A DNA stretch of 64,000 nucleotides from Tubiluchus corallicola (GCA_030141605.1 JAQGDQ010000624.1:61102-125101); one strand, 5' to 3'; positions 25,009-40,919 are shown, numbered from the stretch's first letter. Notes: a model not told the origin generated them from the letters alone. Made by a program: numbers and translations.

Positions 25009-25148
25009 CATAATGACACAAGTTTAATAACTGTGAATTTATCTGTTTTGGTTCTGTTGCAGAGATAGACACAGATATAAGTAACTGCCATAGATTACAT
25101 GACATAGCACAAGGCAGTAAGTACGTAGGTATGCTAAACTCTACGAAC

Positions 25149-25300
25149 CTGATGAAGCGGAGGACCGATGAAGAGGACAGCTGTTTCGATCCAGACATTG
25201 TGGCACTGAGTGTCGATGAGGAAAAACTGTTGGCATGGTGAAGGATCTCAATAGCGGAGGTCTCCCACTCTTCCCATCCTTGGTGTCTGACGAATTAGAA
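25149..25300 (-). CDS. Coding exon 5 of the minus-strand gene (S-SNSSDTKDGKSGRPPLLRSFTMPTVFPHRHSVPQCLDRNSCPLHRSSASS)
   Basis: Acceptor gttctgttcgttttttcag|, donor CAG|gttcgt, 152 nt, only one frame open, phase 2 to 1, GC above flanks. Confidence 0.72.
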
Positions 25301-25384
25301 CTGAAAAAACGAACAGAACATTAATTAACAAGATTCCTCTGTTTTACCAGCATCTGTTTTACCAGCATCTGTTTTACATCATTG

Positions 25385-27960
<2,576 letters not shown>

Positions 27961-29171
27961 AATTCCGTGTACTATGGATATTGGACGATAATTATTCGGA
28001 TCCTCTGGCTCTCCGTGTTCCGCAAGATGCGCAAAATATTGGTAAAAAACTTACTGTATTTGCCCGATCGAAAAAAATGTTTATATAAAGCTAGGAGTTA
28101 TAATCACAGTCCAGCCAGACCCCGCAAAGGCGTTTCTCTGAGATGTTGGGGTTGCGGATAAATGAGAAAGTGACTAGGTGTTACAGCAAACAGCGAAACC
28201 TACATGTACGTTGCATTAGAACTCGACTTTTATTCAATTTGCGTTTGTAACCAAAATCTGTCATCGCAGCTTGCGAGTTTCTTTTGAGAATAAGCCGCTT
28301 CAGGACATTTGCGCTTAGCGAAATTTAATAAAGGTATCCATCGAGTTCTTAACACCTCAAGAGCAGATTCACTTACTCAGCTTCTACACACTAGAAATCA
28401 ATATGATGTGAAAAGTGAACCGTTCATGTGAAAAGTTTTAATATAATCATAAGTATACATATCTGCACGCGTTCGAAATTCGCCAGAAAAAGGTAAGTTA
28501 TTTAATTTATGTCTCTTTTGTTTAGTAATAACTATGAATTATTTGTGTAATCATAACAGGGCGTTAAAAAAACTTCAATGTGTGCTGTGGTTATATAGGC
28601 CTTTAAAAGTTTCCTTCTTAGTATGCAGATGTCGGAAATAGCGCCATCTGTTAATTTTCTTTGGAAGTTTAATCTCTTTTCTTGGCAGATAAAATCACAG
28701 TAACGTAACTGGTTGAATGGTCTGTGGGTTATTCAGTTGGTTAATTCTGGGTGGTTGGGTTAATCTTGGGCGGGAGGGTTCTTAACTAATTGCCAAATAG
28801 CCTACCAACATTCATGATATCAAATCACGTTTCTCAGTTCACTTGATGTGCTACCTAACACCAAGTTACCAGATCACCTGTCTATCAACTACTAATGCTA
28901 CTCACTCGCCAATGATCAATAATGCGCGCACTTTTCACGTAGTGTCAAAACTTAGTAGGTTAATGCAACCTACTAATGCACGGAGAAGCCACCAGCCTTT
29001 ATTTAGTCACACAGTCTCGCATCATTAATATCCTTCAATCTCGTTAGAATTTGTTCTGAAGTGGTAGCCTGATGTCCACATGCATCTGACAGCATGGCGA
29101 GTGATCCGATACATAGCGTGATTGTAAAGCTGTGATATGAGGAAACTAATTAACTAATGGTTGCAGAAACA

Positions 29172-29207
29172 TCTCTCTCTCTCTCTCTCCCCCCCTCTCT
29201 CTCTCTT

Positions 29208-29277
<70 letters not shown>

Positions 29278-29360
29278 CTCTTCTGTCAAGCTTTCCTCTC
29301 CTCCCCTCTTTTCACTTTCTTGCTCTTTCTTTTTTTTCTCTCCCTCTCCCTCTCTCTCAT
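29172..29360. repeat. (CT)n microsatellite / polypyrimidine tract
   Basis: Seen directly. Confidence 0.95.
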
Positions 29361-30216
29361 ATATACAAGCATTCTGCCCGTGCGGTTGCTGTTTGTATGC
29401 TCTTCGTATTAATTTCATTAATGAGATAAGATGGCTTCATTACAATCAGTATTAAGTAGCCGTAGAGCAAACAATGCGCTTCGTATTAGGCAAAGGGTAA
29501 ACGGAAATAGATCTCGGTTGTGACGAAAGTTGTCCACGTGACTTGGTATAATTACTGCTGACCCGGTATGGCCACTTTGAAAATTTATACCACGGCGGAG
29601 CACGTGAAAAAGTCGGAACCGAGAAAAGTTCGAAACAATGTATCTTTGGATTACACATTCAACGCCATGTCTGTTAGACTGCACAGCCCCTTTTGGATAA
29701 TGACAGATAATGATAATGAATATCACAAACTAATCCAACATTTAGCTGCTTGCTGCGTTTAGGTTCTTGTAACTTGTTTTCGGTATCCCGGCATAGAAAC
29801 TAAAGAAATAGTAAATGTCACTTAATTCAATTTAATTTAATTCAATATTTTTTTTCGCTGATTTGTATCATAAATTTCGACTATATATATATAGATATAA
29901 TAATAATAATAATCACGTTACGATTTGTAAATTAAACAAATCAGGCACGAGAATAGGAGTGTAAGTTTTCTTGGCTCAACCTGAGACCGCACAAATACAG
30001 GATGCAGACAGCAGAATAACTTACAAAACATCTCACAGTTAAGACAACACTAATTTATAAAAACAGTTAATGGTAGTAAAACAAACAAATGAGATTAGAA
30101 ATACTTAAAAATGCCAACTAGCAGGTTAGGTAACGAGTTAGGTAATCAAATATAATCTTTTCAAAACTACTGTAACTTTAAATTTTTGCCCAAGGACAAA
30201 TTTGAGCCCATTTAAA

Positions 30217-30984
30217 GAGTACGAGAACATTTTTTTGAGAATTTTATTGCGACACACATGCTTTTTGTTTTTCTGAATCAGCTTGATATGTAGTATTCCA
30301 GAAAAATCCCCCCCTCCCGTGAATTGGCCTTGGGGAATTTTTTTAGGGCCGGTTGAAATTAGGCCCAGGACAATGTTGGAATTTACTGGAACTAGGTGCC
30401 GTTTTATTTAAATGTCCAATATATCTAAGTTAACATGGACTTTGGGTGTGTTTTCACAAAATGCCACGTGCCAAACAAACTGTCCCACTAATTAAAAACT
30501 GATGCTGGAATTTTATATAACAGTGTTGAGAGCAGTGCAGTGTGTAGGTATAAAAACTTATAGGAGAAATAAAAAGTAGCCTAAGAAAAATAACCAGGGT
30601 ATCAATAAATACATTTTTGGGCTATTCTGAGAAAGGGCAGTTTTTAGGGTAGTGCGCCATGAAGGATTATTCAAAAAAATTTCCTACTACTACCCACACG
30701 ATCACAATGGTGTACAGCAAAATACAACAAAGTAATCTCTCGAATCTTACATCACTATAACATTGTATACCCTCATCTTTGCCATGCAGAAATTTGTACA
30801 TTTTCAGGTGCTCGCATGGGCCTAAATTTCAACCGGCCCTGAAAAAATTTCCCTAAGGCTAATTCACGGGGGGGGGGGATTTTTCTGGAAAACTACATAA
30901 GAAACTGATCTAGAAAAACAAAACAAAAAGCACTTCTGCACCAATTAATTCTCACAAATCGGTATTTTAGCGGTATTCGTACTC
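30217..30984. mobile_element. Non-autonomous element with long (about 150 bp) imperfect TIRs
   Basis: 30217-30367 (...ccgtgaattggccttggggaattttttt-agggccggttgaaattaggccca) is inverted at 30817-30984. Confidence 0.8.
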
Positions 30985-31342
30985 GCCTACGTTGTTAGAT
31001 AACAGTATATGAAGGATTTCGGTAGCCGTAACAAGTATGGTTAACAGCAGGATATAAGTTACTAACAGTTCTGCGAGAAAACAACTTGTTCCAGCAGATT
31101 GCTGCAGAAATACATGGGATCAGAGTCGTGTGTCTTATATAATAGAAGCTGACAGTACCATACACGTCTACCCAAACTTGAATCAAGTTTACGGGCAGTA
31201 GCTAACAATCTCAGAGATTAAAAATGATACAGACCATACGCTCATAATTGCGCACATTAATATCGTGTGTGAATACACACGAACGCAGACACGACATATT
31301 GACAGATAATCAGGCGAATCTTGCAGGAGGAAGTTTATGTAC

Positions 31343-31409
31343 CTAATTAAAAGATACTGAATGGCTTCATCTTTACATGACAGAGGCTCGGCAGAGCTCG
31401 CCTGTTCCA
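31343..31409 (-). CDS. Coding exon 4 of the minus-strand gene (V-EQASSAEPLSCKDEAIQYLLI)
   Basis: Acceptor ctttgattttctttacag|, donor AG|gtacat, 67 nt, only one frame open, phase 1 to 2 matching exon 5. Confidence 0.62.
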
Positions 31410-31499
31410 CTGTAAAGAAAATCAAAGCTTATCTCTATGACTTACTAAAGGTTTGTTCACATCCACCCGTTTGCGTCGACGGCGATGTGACTGTTTAGC

Positions 31500-31752
31500 T
31501 TAAAGCAAAAGCGGACCAAACTTTAAAACTAGCGCCTGCATTTCGAAAACTCATTGCACAAAAAACGGGTGCTGTACCTCTCAGTTCAAATGTGTTAGTT
31601 TGTGACACACGCGTGCGTGAGCACAGCGGTAAATGTGAAATTTGAATTTTTATCTTAGAACTTGCCTAGTTTTAGTACAACACACTGAATATCTTACAGT
31701 AGCACTGCACTTCAATTTTCGGTTTCGTAAACACGTGCAAAACGCTCGAGGA
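31500..31752 (+). mobile_element. MITE family B, deleted/truncated copy
   Basis: ttaaagcaaaagcggacc...gcgcctgcatttcgaaa...gtgctgtacctctcagttc. Confidence 0.75.
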
Positions 31753-31818
<66 letters not shown>

Positions 31819-32293
31819 GTATGGTTTCTATGTATTGTGAAATAAATATTGTTATCTCATCGACTTATCTTTCATCCCCAAAGTTGAAAAGACTGTCCTA
31901 TTGTGGTTTTGACAGGAAACCACTAAAAGCGCGGAAACCAAAACCTCCAGCGACTCGAGATTAATTCAGCACATTATGCAAATTGTTGCATTCACTGAAT
32001 CAAGATTATGCCTATTTAACGACGCTTCACTGGCGACAGAATTCGGCTTGTGTTCATTAAGCACAACACGGTCAACAACCTTGAGTTCAGTGACATGTCC
32101 ACCACAACGCTATGGCTTCAGTGAAACCGGTGTCCCGAGTCGATGTGACCTTGAACACAACACTTGCATGAGTGCGTACGTAAACCATCCCGCGTAAAAT
32201 CAAAAACCCGGTTCAGCGCAAGTGTCAAGTTACGTATTAAATAAAATTATTTCTGGTGGAGAAATTCAGCCTACAGATTTTTTCGAAGTTAAA

Positions 32294-32805
32294 TTAAAGG
32301 ATAACTCGCTTGGCACGTTGGGTTTATTTTACTGTTATCACTTAAACTAAGAAAAATAAAACAAAGAATTTGTCTATAAAACATAAATTTAATTTATGTT
32401 AGCACTGTATAGAAATTTTCAGGCATAGTGGTTGCCACCATTCACATGAAAATCATGAAAATCATGACGTAGCGTAAGTGCGCACTGTTTAAACTAATTT
32501 CAAACTTCTGCAGCTTACCTGATGTTCATGCAGAAATATCACAAAATCTAGTTTTTTTTTGTAAAAGTTTATTAAACTTTTGACGGAAATTGAGAGTACG
32601 CTACTTTTCTTCAATCGGTGACCGACGTCATTGGTGGAAGAATGGGCGTTCAAAATGGGATCACACAAGCGTGAAATGATCACGAATTTTCAGCGATTTT
32701 ACTAATTACACGAGGCACTTCTCACAATTTTATTACTGAATCCTAACATTTTTCGCGAACAATGAAGAAAGTCTAACTTCTCAGAAGGCTTGATATTTCC
32801 TTTAA
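32294..32805 (-). mobile_element. MITE family A copy
   Basis: TTAA-AGG...CCT-TTAA at both ends; reverse-orientation homology to 5572-6064. Confidence 0.85.
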
Positions 32806-32879
32806 CAACAGTAAACAGCAATGAAGCACTTAATTTTTTGCAATCATGTTTTTTCATGCAGGCCTCAGCTGTAGTCTTC

Positions 32880-33078
32880 TTAACAAGATTCGACTGAAGA
32901 AATATAAAGGGAAATGAAGCATCTGCTTTCACTCACTATACTACGACGTACTGATAATTATAAATTCGCTTTCTAAGTATTAATTAAGCACATGATTTCG
33001 ATTTACTAAATATAGTAAGTTAGTGAAAGCAGATGCTTCACTTCCCTTTTTATTTCTTCAGTCGGATTTGCCCGTTAA
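32880..33078. mobile_element. Small TTAA-flanked palindromic MITE (about 50-bp TIRs)
   Basis: gactgaagaaatataaagggaaatgaagcatctgctttcact is inverted as agtgaaagcagatgcttcacttccctttttatttcttcagtc; TTAA at 32880 and 33075. Confidence 0.78.
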
Positions 33079-33527
33079 AGGAAAGGTCAAGCCTTCGGAG
33101 AAGTTGGGCTTATTTCAATGTGAGAAGGGTTTACTAATAAAAGTGTGATAAGCGTCTTGTGTAATTAATAAAATCACTTTAAAGTCGCGATCATTTCATG
33201 CTTATGCACTCGCATTTTCAATGCCCATTCGTTTTCCAGTTACGTCATTCGTCCTGGACGAGTTCGTCATTCGTTCATTAGGTAAGCTGGAGAAGTTTTA
33301 ATTAGTTTAAGCAGCGTGCGTTTACGGAAAGCCACTATGGTCTCCTACCTACGTCATAATTTTCAAGCGAATGGCGGCTACCGCTACGTCTCAAAATTTC
33401 CATACAGCAGTAGTGTAAATTAACCTTATGCTTTACAGACAGTTTTTACAAATTTCTTTGTTACAAGTTTCTAAGTTAAAGTGATAACAGTAAAATAAAC
33501 TCAACATGCGAAGAGACTTGTTCTTAA
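33075..33527 (+). mobile_element. MITE family A copy
   Basis: ttaaaggaaaggtcaagccttcggagaag... homologous to 5572-6064. Confidence 0.85.
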
Positions 33528-33850
33528 AAAAAGACGTTCATCACTAGAGATGATAGTCTAGCAAGTGTATTATTTCCACCTTTATGCAAACATGCTTGTA
33601 AATAAGATTACGCTTTCATAATCCTCAGACACAAAAGATACGTTGACCATTCATGCGCTGTTGTTAAGAGCCACTCGACGCCTTTTCAATTACAGAACAT
33701 TCGGGGAGACTTATTTAGCACGAAATGCAACAACTTGGTTTCCTGGATTGATGGGCTTCATTTGAAAGGCAAAGGCAAATTTGCGAAACCATTCATACTC
33801 CAAAATGATGCGCCATTCATCGAAATCCCACTAGATTCGTTCACACTAAC

Positions 33851-33894
33851 CTGTTTGGCTGAGCAGTAGTCCAGGACGAAGGTTTGTAATTATA
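33851..33894 (-). CDS. Candidate coding exon 3 of the minus-strand gene (S-IITNLRPGLLLSQT)
   Basis: Acceptor ttgtctgcttttctgcatttgacag|, donor CAG|gttagt, 44 nt, phase 2 to 1 exactly bridging exons 2 and 4. Confidence 0.55.
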
Positions 33895-34616
33895 CTGTCA
33901 AATGCAGAAAAGCAGACAACAAAAATTTCAGTCACATTCAACAGTAAACCAGTGGACTAGTGACCAGTTATAAATTCAGAGCAGGTAAACAGGCAGCAAA
34001 TCCATCTAGGTAAATGCACGGTGAATCTAGAAAGTATCATCAGTGTTAGACGACGTAAAATTGTACCAGTTCATTCACAGCAACATCGGTGATCTGGTTA
34101 TCCCGTAAACTAAACATGTATTGACGGTTGTTATCAACACTTGGATACCTACTCGAAAAACTGGTACATTATTAACAAATAGTTGCTACTTTTTTGGCAT
34201 ATTGTTTAACAGACATGCGTAACCATGCTTCATTATTGAATAACTGCACCGCAAAAAATCACAAGTACAAAAATGCATGCTCAAAAGTCCATGCGCAAAC
34301 AAAAAATTCAACTACCAAACTAAATTCTAAGACTCAGCTTTTATAAAGTTAACGGAAATGGATTCTACTGATATATATCTGTATATTATATGGATTTATT
34401 TATGGTGGTGAACCTGGTAAAGATAATGATGGTGATGATGATGATGACGATGACGACAACATTTAAAACCGTTTAAATAAGTGCTTTTTTTACTCTATCA
34501 TAACACCACTGGAGGGTATTTGGTATATCGTGATATAACTTAAAAAAGCGACTGTTATTAGGCCTGAACAAAAATGAAATAAAATCTGGATAACATTGTC
34601 CATATAAATAGCAAAA

Positions 34617-35268
34617 TTAAAGGAAAACAGGACCCAATCCTAAACTGTAGGTCAAAACAATCTACTCTTTAAAATATTGTCAAAACAATCTACTCTTTAA
34701 AATATTGAAAGGAAATATACTATTTTTAAAGAATGATTTACCTGAAGGAATTATTACCACACAAACGCCATTTCACATTGTGCCACTAATTCTTCGCTGT
34801 TAAATGCATTTCGCCATTCGCTGGTTAGACGGGCACTAGCGCCTGTATTTCGGAAACACATTGCATGAAAAACGGGTACAGCACCTCTCAGTTCAGAGCT
34901 GTTCGTTTGTGATGTAATACACATGTTCGAGACCTCATGTGTGAACTCAGCGGCAAACTTAAAATTTCAATTTTTATCTTAAAATTTCTCGAGTTTTTGT
35001 GTATTACATTAAATGTTATACAGTAGCGCTGCATTTCAATTTTCGCTTTTTGCAAACATGTGCAGCTCGCTCACTGAATGTTTGTGCAGTTGAAAATTGT
35101 GTTCGTTTGTGACGTCATCACTAGGTGGGCTCGCCCGCTGTTAATTAAGGTTTTAACCTATTATTTCATTATCAGAAACTCTTTGGCATTATTATACATG
35201 TTAAAATGTATACTTTTATCGTGCTTCAAAATTGGGCAGGATATGAAAATCGTCCTGATTTGCTTTAA
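34617..35268 (+). mobile_element. MITE family B, near full-length (about 650 bp), with a short internal tandem duplication
   Basis: TTAA-AGGAAAACAGGAC...gtcctgatttgct-TTAA; gtcaaaacaatctactctttaaaatatt duplicated at about 34652-34707. Confidence 0.88.
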
Positions 35269-35650
35269 ATAATCAGGGCGGTGTTCAGGAACAAGATTCA
35301 AATACAATACATCAGACTTGTGGCCTGACTCATTCAGCTGATTCACAAGTGACAGAAAGCTTAGCCATTTCTTAGAAACTTATAAGGACAATCAGGAACA
35401 AGCAACAGCTCAGTAAGGAATCTCGATACAGACTAATCCCAGAGTTCATTTATATGTTAATCGACGCGGTTATAGGTTTATCTTATATATCAACATGTTG
35501 ACAGCCAAAGGCAGATGTTCAATGTAAGATGAAAAGGTCACAAAAAAATCAGGGCACGCACATCTGGTCCACTGTCTAAATGTCCAACAAAAACTGTAGT
35601 AAAAATATTGAGAAATATTAAGCAGTTGTCGAGCTATTCGGAATTTTTCC

Positions 35651-36150
35651 TTAAAGCAAAACCGGACCCTATCTTAAACCGTAGGTCAAAACAATCTACA
35701 CTTTAAAATATGAAAGGAAACATACTATTTTTTTCAAAAATGACTTACGTGAAAGAATTGTTACCACACAAATACAATTTTTCGTTCGCGCCACTAGTTC
35801 TTCGCTGTTACATGTATTTCGCCATTCGCTAGTTAGACGGGCACAAACCCCTGCATTTCGGGAACGCATTGCACAAAACACAGGTGCTGTACCTCCCAGT
35901 TTAGATCTGTTCGTTTGCAAAAGATCTGTTGCTTTTGCAAACACGGGCAACACGCCCGTAGATATTTTTGCTGTTAAAAATTATGATAGTTTGTGATGTC
36001 ATCAATAATTAGGATCGTCCGCCGTTAATTAAGTTTTTAATCTATTATTTAATTATCATAAACGCTATTGCAGTATTAATTGTGTTAAAATGTATATTTT
36101 TATCGTACTAGAAAATGGGGTAGTATATGAAAAATCATTCTGTCTTCCTT
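35651..36150 (+). mobile_element. MITE family B copy
   Basis: Homologous to 34617-35268 with an internal deletion. Confidence 0.85.
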
Positions 36151-36187
36151 CGTGATTTTTTGAGCTGATTCCAGCGGTGAAAAAAAC

Positions 36188-36250
36188 CTGCAGTACTTTC
36201 TTCTACTTCTGTTTTCAGTTTTGAATTCATCTGAGACGTCATAAACCGGG
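36188..36250 (-). CDS. Candidate coding exon 2 of the minus-strand gene (L-PVYDVSDEFKTENRSRRKYC)
   Basis: Acceptor gtgtttcttcgctttcag|, weak donor CAG|gttttt, 63 nt, phase 2 to 2. Confidence 0.5.
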
Positions 36251-37709
36251 CTGAAAGCGAAGAAACACCTGTCTATCCGAAGTGAAAATAGAAGGCAGTC
36301 AACTACAAATGTCAGCTCTTTCCAGCCATTAGAGCTTGCAATTTTATTTCAGTGCAGTTACGACAATAGATGTAAATTTTGTGACAGTTTTGTAGACTGT
36401 ACGCCGTCGTTTCTCCGAGTTGCAGAGATTTTCTTTCAAGAACTGGTCGTTAAATGAATTCTCACTCGGTGGAATAAATCAGGGAAATCTTCACACTGTC
36501 AGGGACGTACACTATCACAGACAATTTCAGCAGAACATTTTGAGAATGCAAAAGGAGTTAAAAAGGTTGGTCGAACTGTTCTTTTGTTGCTTTATTTCTC
36601 TTACAGTAAATAGAGGTCTGAAGTCTATTAACTGTGACAGGTGTTGGCTCAGTTCTGTGACAGGAGTTGATGCTATTATCAGCAGTAATTCTGCACCATT
36701 TTGTTTTGACAAAAGCCGCGCGAGCATTAGCATTGCTTTCAGTCTTGTTAGGAAAAATGATTACACTCAGTCTTTCTCTAAAAGCTCACTATTAAACAAT
36801 GAAGCGAAAGCAAAGACTTTAATGCGCTCATTGTAATGCTTTTATAGGAGATAAAATCAGGTATAATTTCGCTACGTCTATTCAGTTACAATAGAAATCT
36901 CTCTCCCTATCTCTCTCTCTCTCTCACTCACTCACTTTCGTGAGTGAACGAACCTGGATTTGAACCAGAGACCTTTTACTTACAAAGCAGTGGCGAACGT
37001 CATGACCACCAGATCATTGTGCCCAGTGACCATGATCGGTCCAATTTCAATCATCAAAGCTCATCAATCAGTTAAAGGTCAAGGGTTAGTTTGCTCACGC
37101 TAAAGTAATTACCAAATGACTAGACAAATGCTGAATTAATTTAGAAAATGAAATAATCCGTTGGTATTTTCCATCATCTTAATATCAATCCAGATTAGGA
37201 ATGAAACCACAATTATTAAATTTTAAAACAAAACGTGTCTGAAAAAAGGAAATGCGAAAAAATGGGGACATAGGTGGGATTCGAACTAGAGACCAAGTTC
37301 AGAATTCGTTACTAGTTTAACATTAATGTCTATTTGCTTGTGGTAATAAAGATACAGCCCAGGTACCTCGGAGCTGTTATTATTTTGTTTACTTATAACG
37401 CAGTCATGTAAATATCAACAATTAAAGCTGATCAAATTGGCACGTGAGAGAAAACGGGAATGACAGCACTAATGAGCTTGGACCCGGCAATTCGCTTGTT
37501 CATTTCTTATAAAATTAGTGATTTCAACTTTGTATTTTGGCCACCTCAAAAGACAAAACAACATATACAGAATAGCAACTTACAGGAAGAGCAATAAACA
37601 GGGGAAACACAAGAAAGAGACCGAAATGTACGTGGTTGTGTAGCAACACAGAATGGACTGGATGTGAAGCATGAAAAAGCAAGAAAAACAGCTATGGACC
37701 AAAGTGTAA

Positions 37710-37996
37710 TGGCGCGTTCAGAATAGCGAGTAAACTCGCCAAGTAATGCGCGTGTTCAGACTAGAAAGCTAAATTTGCAGCGAGTTACTCTTCGATAATA
37801 AACGCTCACTTCTCTATTCGCTGCGAGAAGTGTCAAGAATAACTCGCCGAGGCGTTCACACTAGACAGTTACTCGCAGCAATTGTCAGAGAGTTTGCAAT
37901 AACTTGCGGACAGTAACTCGCAAAGCAGTTCACACTTGCAAGTTTGCTCTCAGAGAGAAAACTCGTGATAGAAAACGCGCTAGTCTGAACGCGCCA
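37710..37996. mobile_element. PIF/Harbinger (Tourist-like) MITE
   Basis: TIRs tggcgcgttcagaatagcg and cgctagtctgaacgcgcca; TAA on both sides (37707-37709, 37997-37999); internal g(c/t)gttca(g/c)actaga subrepeats. Confidence 0.85.
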
Positions 37997-39609
37997 TAAG
38001 GATATGGAAATTTGTCGTTTTTTCCTACCTGTGAAGTGTGCAACAGGCCGAAACAAGAAGAACATTTGTTTAATATTGATAGTACAGGGTGCAAGGGACA
38101 ATTTAATTAATCAGAACCAGATGCAATGTACCCGCGTGAGGGCGTTACTGCGGCACAGCCTCAGTTTCATTTTTCTGACACACCTATAAATGACGTCAGC
38201 TATATATTCAGACTTTAATACCACCTGACACCGAGTTTGATTGCTACAATGCGCATTTATGTTGGCGGCAAACGCACAAACGTTTCTACACAGGTTTCCC
38301 TACAGACTCAGTATCAGGTGCAGGTATTCACGGGAATAATTTCAATTAGAAAATTGTGAAGAAACCCGAAGCTTTGAATTCATAGTAATAAATTAAACAG
38401 CGGTCAGATGAAAAAAGAAATGCGCACAAAACTCGCAGGATTTGTACATACAAGAAAAACGAAATTTTACTAAGTGTGGACTTCTAAAACCACATAAAGT
38501 ACACAATATAAACCTATATAGATAAACTATATTTTAAATTTTGAATTTAAACCTTTACTTCAGAATTTCTTCCATATAAAAACAGGAGTTAAAAACGTAT
38601 AAAATAAATCTATATAAAACCTAAAACTATACACACTAATCCCCATACATTGCTGCTTTAATGGAAGACAGCCAGATCGTCGGTTCCCACATGCTGACAA
38701 TTTGTTCATAATAGTTAGATAGTGCTGCTGATATCCTTACACTGACATTTCTAGAACAGAATCCAGATTGCAAACAGTTTTTTCCAGTGACTTCTTATCT
38801 GTGGAATTCTTAACCAGAAAATTATTTCACAGTTATTTACCATTTTGCACAGTTTAACAAGTACAACAGATGCCTGCTATCACGGCCATACTAGTTACAC
38901 GAGTTCTACTTTCTGAATCTGTGCGTATTCGTGAAATTTCGTATTTGGAAAATTTTACTTTAGCCCGTTAGCTGGGCAACAACTGGGCTTGTTTGCTGGT
39001 GATGTTTAGGGCAGTTTGCATTAAATAATAACAACTTTTCCATCTGTAATAATTAATAGTACATAATATATAAACTTGTTCAGTTATTATGCATAATGTG
39101 TGACATGTCTTTTGCATAATTTAAAAGATCGGCAGATGCAGGGTGTCAAAACAATCTAAAACAACAAAAATTTATTACTGAATCAATTTGCTAACTCAAA
39201 ACTGTTTTTGTTGATGTAACCGTAATCACCATAGTAACGCATGTAAACATTGATCCGCCGTGCAGGCTGTGAGCATTTAATCACTGCAAAACGAGAAATT
39301 GCAAGATTATTTTGTGATACACGAGAAAAATTGGCCACTGTTAAGTTATGGGAGTAGCATATACTATATTAAGTTATACAGGGTGTCATAAAATGATAGT
39401 CCCTATATTTAAAGTTATCGTAAGTAGATATAAACTCACTTTTCAAAACCGCATTTGGCAATTTGGATCAAAACCGTATTTGGATCAGTTTATAAATATG
39501 TATACAAATTCTTTCCACTCCTTAATAAAGAAATTAAAAATCAACATAGATCTTGAAGAAATGAGTCACGACATCATTTCCGTTGAGAAACCAACAACTT
39601 TACACAAAC

Positions 39610-40123
39610 TTAAAGGAAGACAGGATGATTTTTCATATACTACCCCATTTTCAAGTATGGTAAAAGTATACATTTTAACGCTAATAATACTGTAAAAGCG
39701 TTTCTGATAATTAAATAATGAATTAAAATCTTAATTGAAGATGGACGAGCCAAACTAGTGATGACATCACAAAATAACAACTGTCAACAGCAAAAGTATT
39801 CCACGAGCGTGTTGCTTTGCGAAAGCGAAAATTGAAGTGCAGTGCTACTGTAAGACATTCAGTGCGTTGTACTAAAACTAGGCAAGTTTTAAAATTAAAA
39901 TTCAAATTTCAAATTTACCACGCCAGTGCCAGTCTAACTAGCGAATGGCGAAATACATGTAACATCGAAGAACTAGTGACGCGAACGTGAAATTGCGTTT
40001 GTGTGGTAATAATTGTTTTACGGAAGTCATTCTTTAAAAGTAGTACAGTATGTTTCCTTTTAACATTTTAAAAAGTAGACTGTTTTGACCTACATTTTAA
40101 GATTGGGTCCGGTTTTGCTTTAA
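39610..40123 (-). mobile_element. MITE family B copy
   Basis: TTAA-AGGAAGACAGGATG...gggtccggttttgct-TTAA. Confidence 0.85.
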
Positions 40124-40219
40124 ATGCTCTTACTCACGTCTTTGTTGGCTCTTATCAATTGCTTTCGGTTTCTTCTGTATAAAGGGAAGGCTGTTGTTGT
40201 TGTTTTGCTATTACTATAC

Positions 40220-40275
<56 letters not shown>

Positions 40276-40283
40276 CCATCATC
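40220..40283. repeat. (CAT)n microsatellite
   Basis: Seen directly; source of the poly-H and poly-I ORFs. Confidence 0.95.
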
Positions 40284-40741
40284 GTTATAAAATATTCAGT
40301 ATGTTCAATTGCAGTCAAGAAGCGCTCACAACATTCTAATAGAGAACAAAGGAAACGAGGAAGAAAACGAGCCTCGCGAGAATGCAAATCAAAGTTGAGA
40401 AACTTTGACTAACGCGCCACAACAGATCTACCACATCACAAGCAGTTATAATCTGAAACGCTTGCACTAAAGTAGAAATTAACAAAGCCTTTAATAGCAA
40501 TCTAGAAAAAGTAAGTAAGCGTTAAGCAAATTGGAATCACTGGTGCTCTGGAAAAGGAGAAACTTGGTGTTTCCGCTGTTACGTAAACTTCCATTTGCCG
40601 TAGTTTTGTAATTCATGCGATACGTTCTCAGCCATCGATTACGCCATTCATGTACCAAAATGACGTCACTGCTCATATGGTTATGTAGAGAAGATTAATA
40701 ATGATATAACGCACGTCTCGACACGCAATTATACATCAACA

Positions 40742-40813
40742 TACTGTCATCGCTTAGTCAATAATGGCACGAAACGAGTTTCCTTTAACCATACACGCAC
40801 GCACGCACGCACG

Positions 40814-40849
<36 letters not shown>

Positions 40850-40913
40850 TGTGTGTGTGTATACGGTTAAAGGAAACTCGTTATGTGCCATTATTGACTA
40901 AGCGATGTCAGTA
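40742..40913. repeat. Near-perfect inverted repeat centred on a (CA)n/(TG)n switch
   Basis: tactgtcatcgcttagtcaataatggcac...tttcctttaacc mirrored by ggttaaaggaaa...gtgccattattgactaagcgatgtcagta. Confidence 0.92.
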
Positions 40914-40919
40914 CCCATT

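Noticed and set aside
36420-36836. 138-aa plus-strand ORF
   Set aside because: Non-ATG start, no recognisable motif, antisense within an intron of the minus-strand model.
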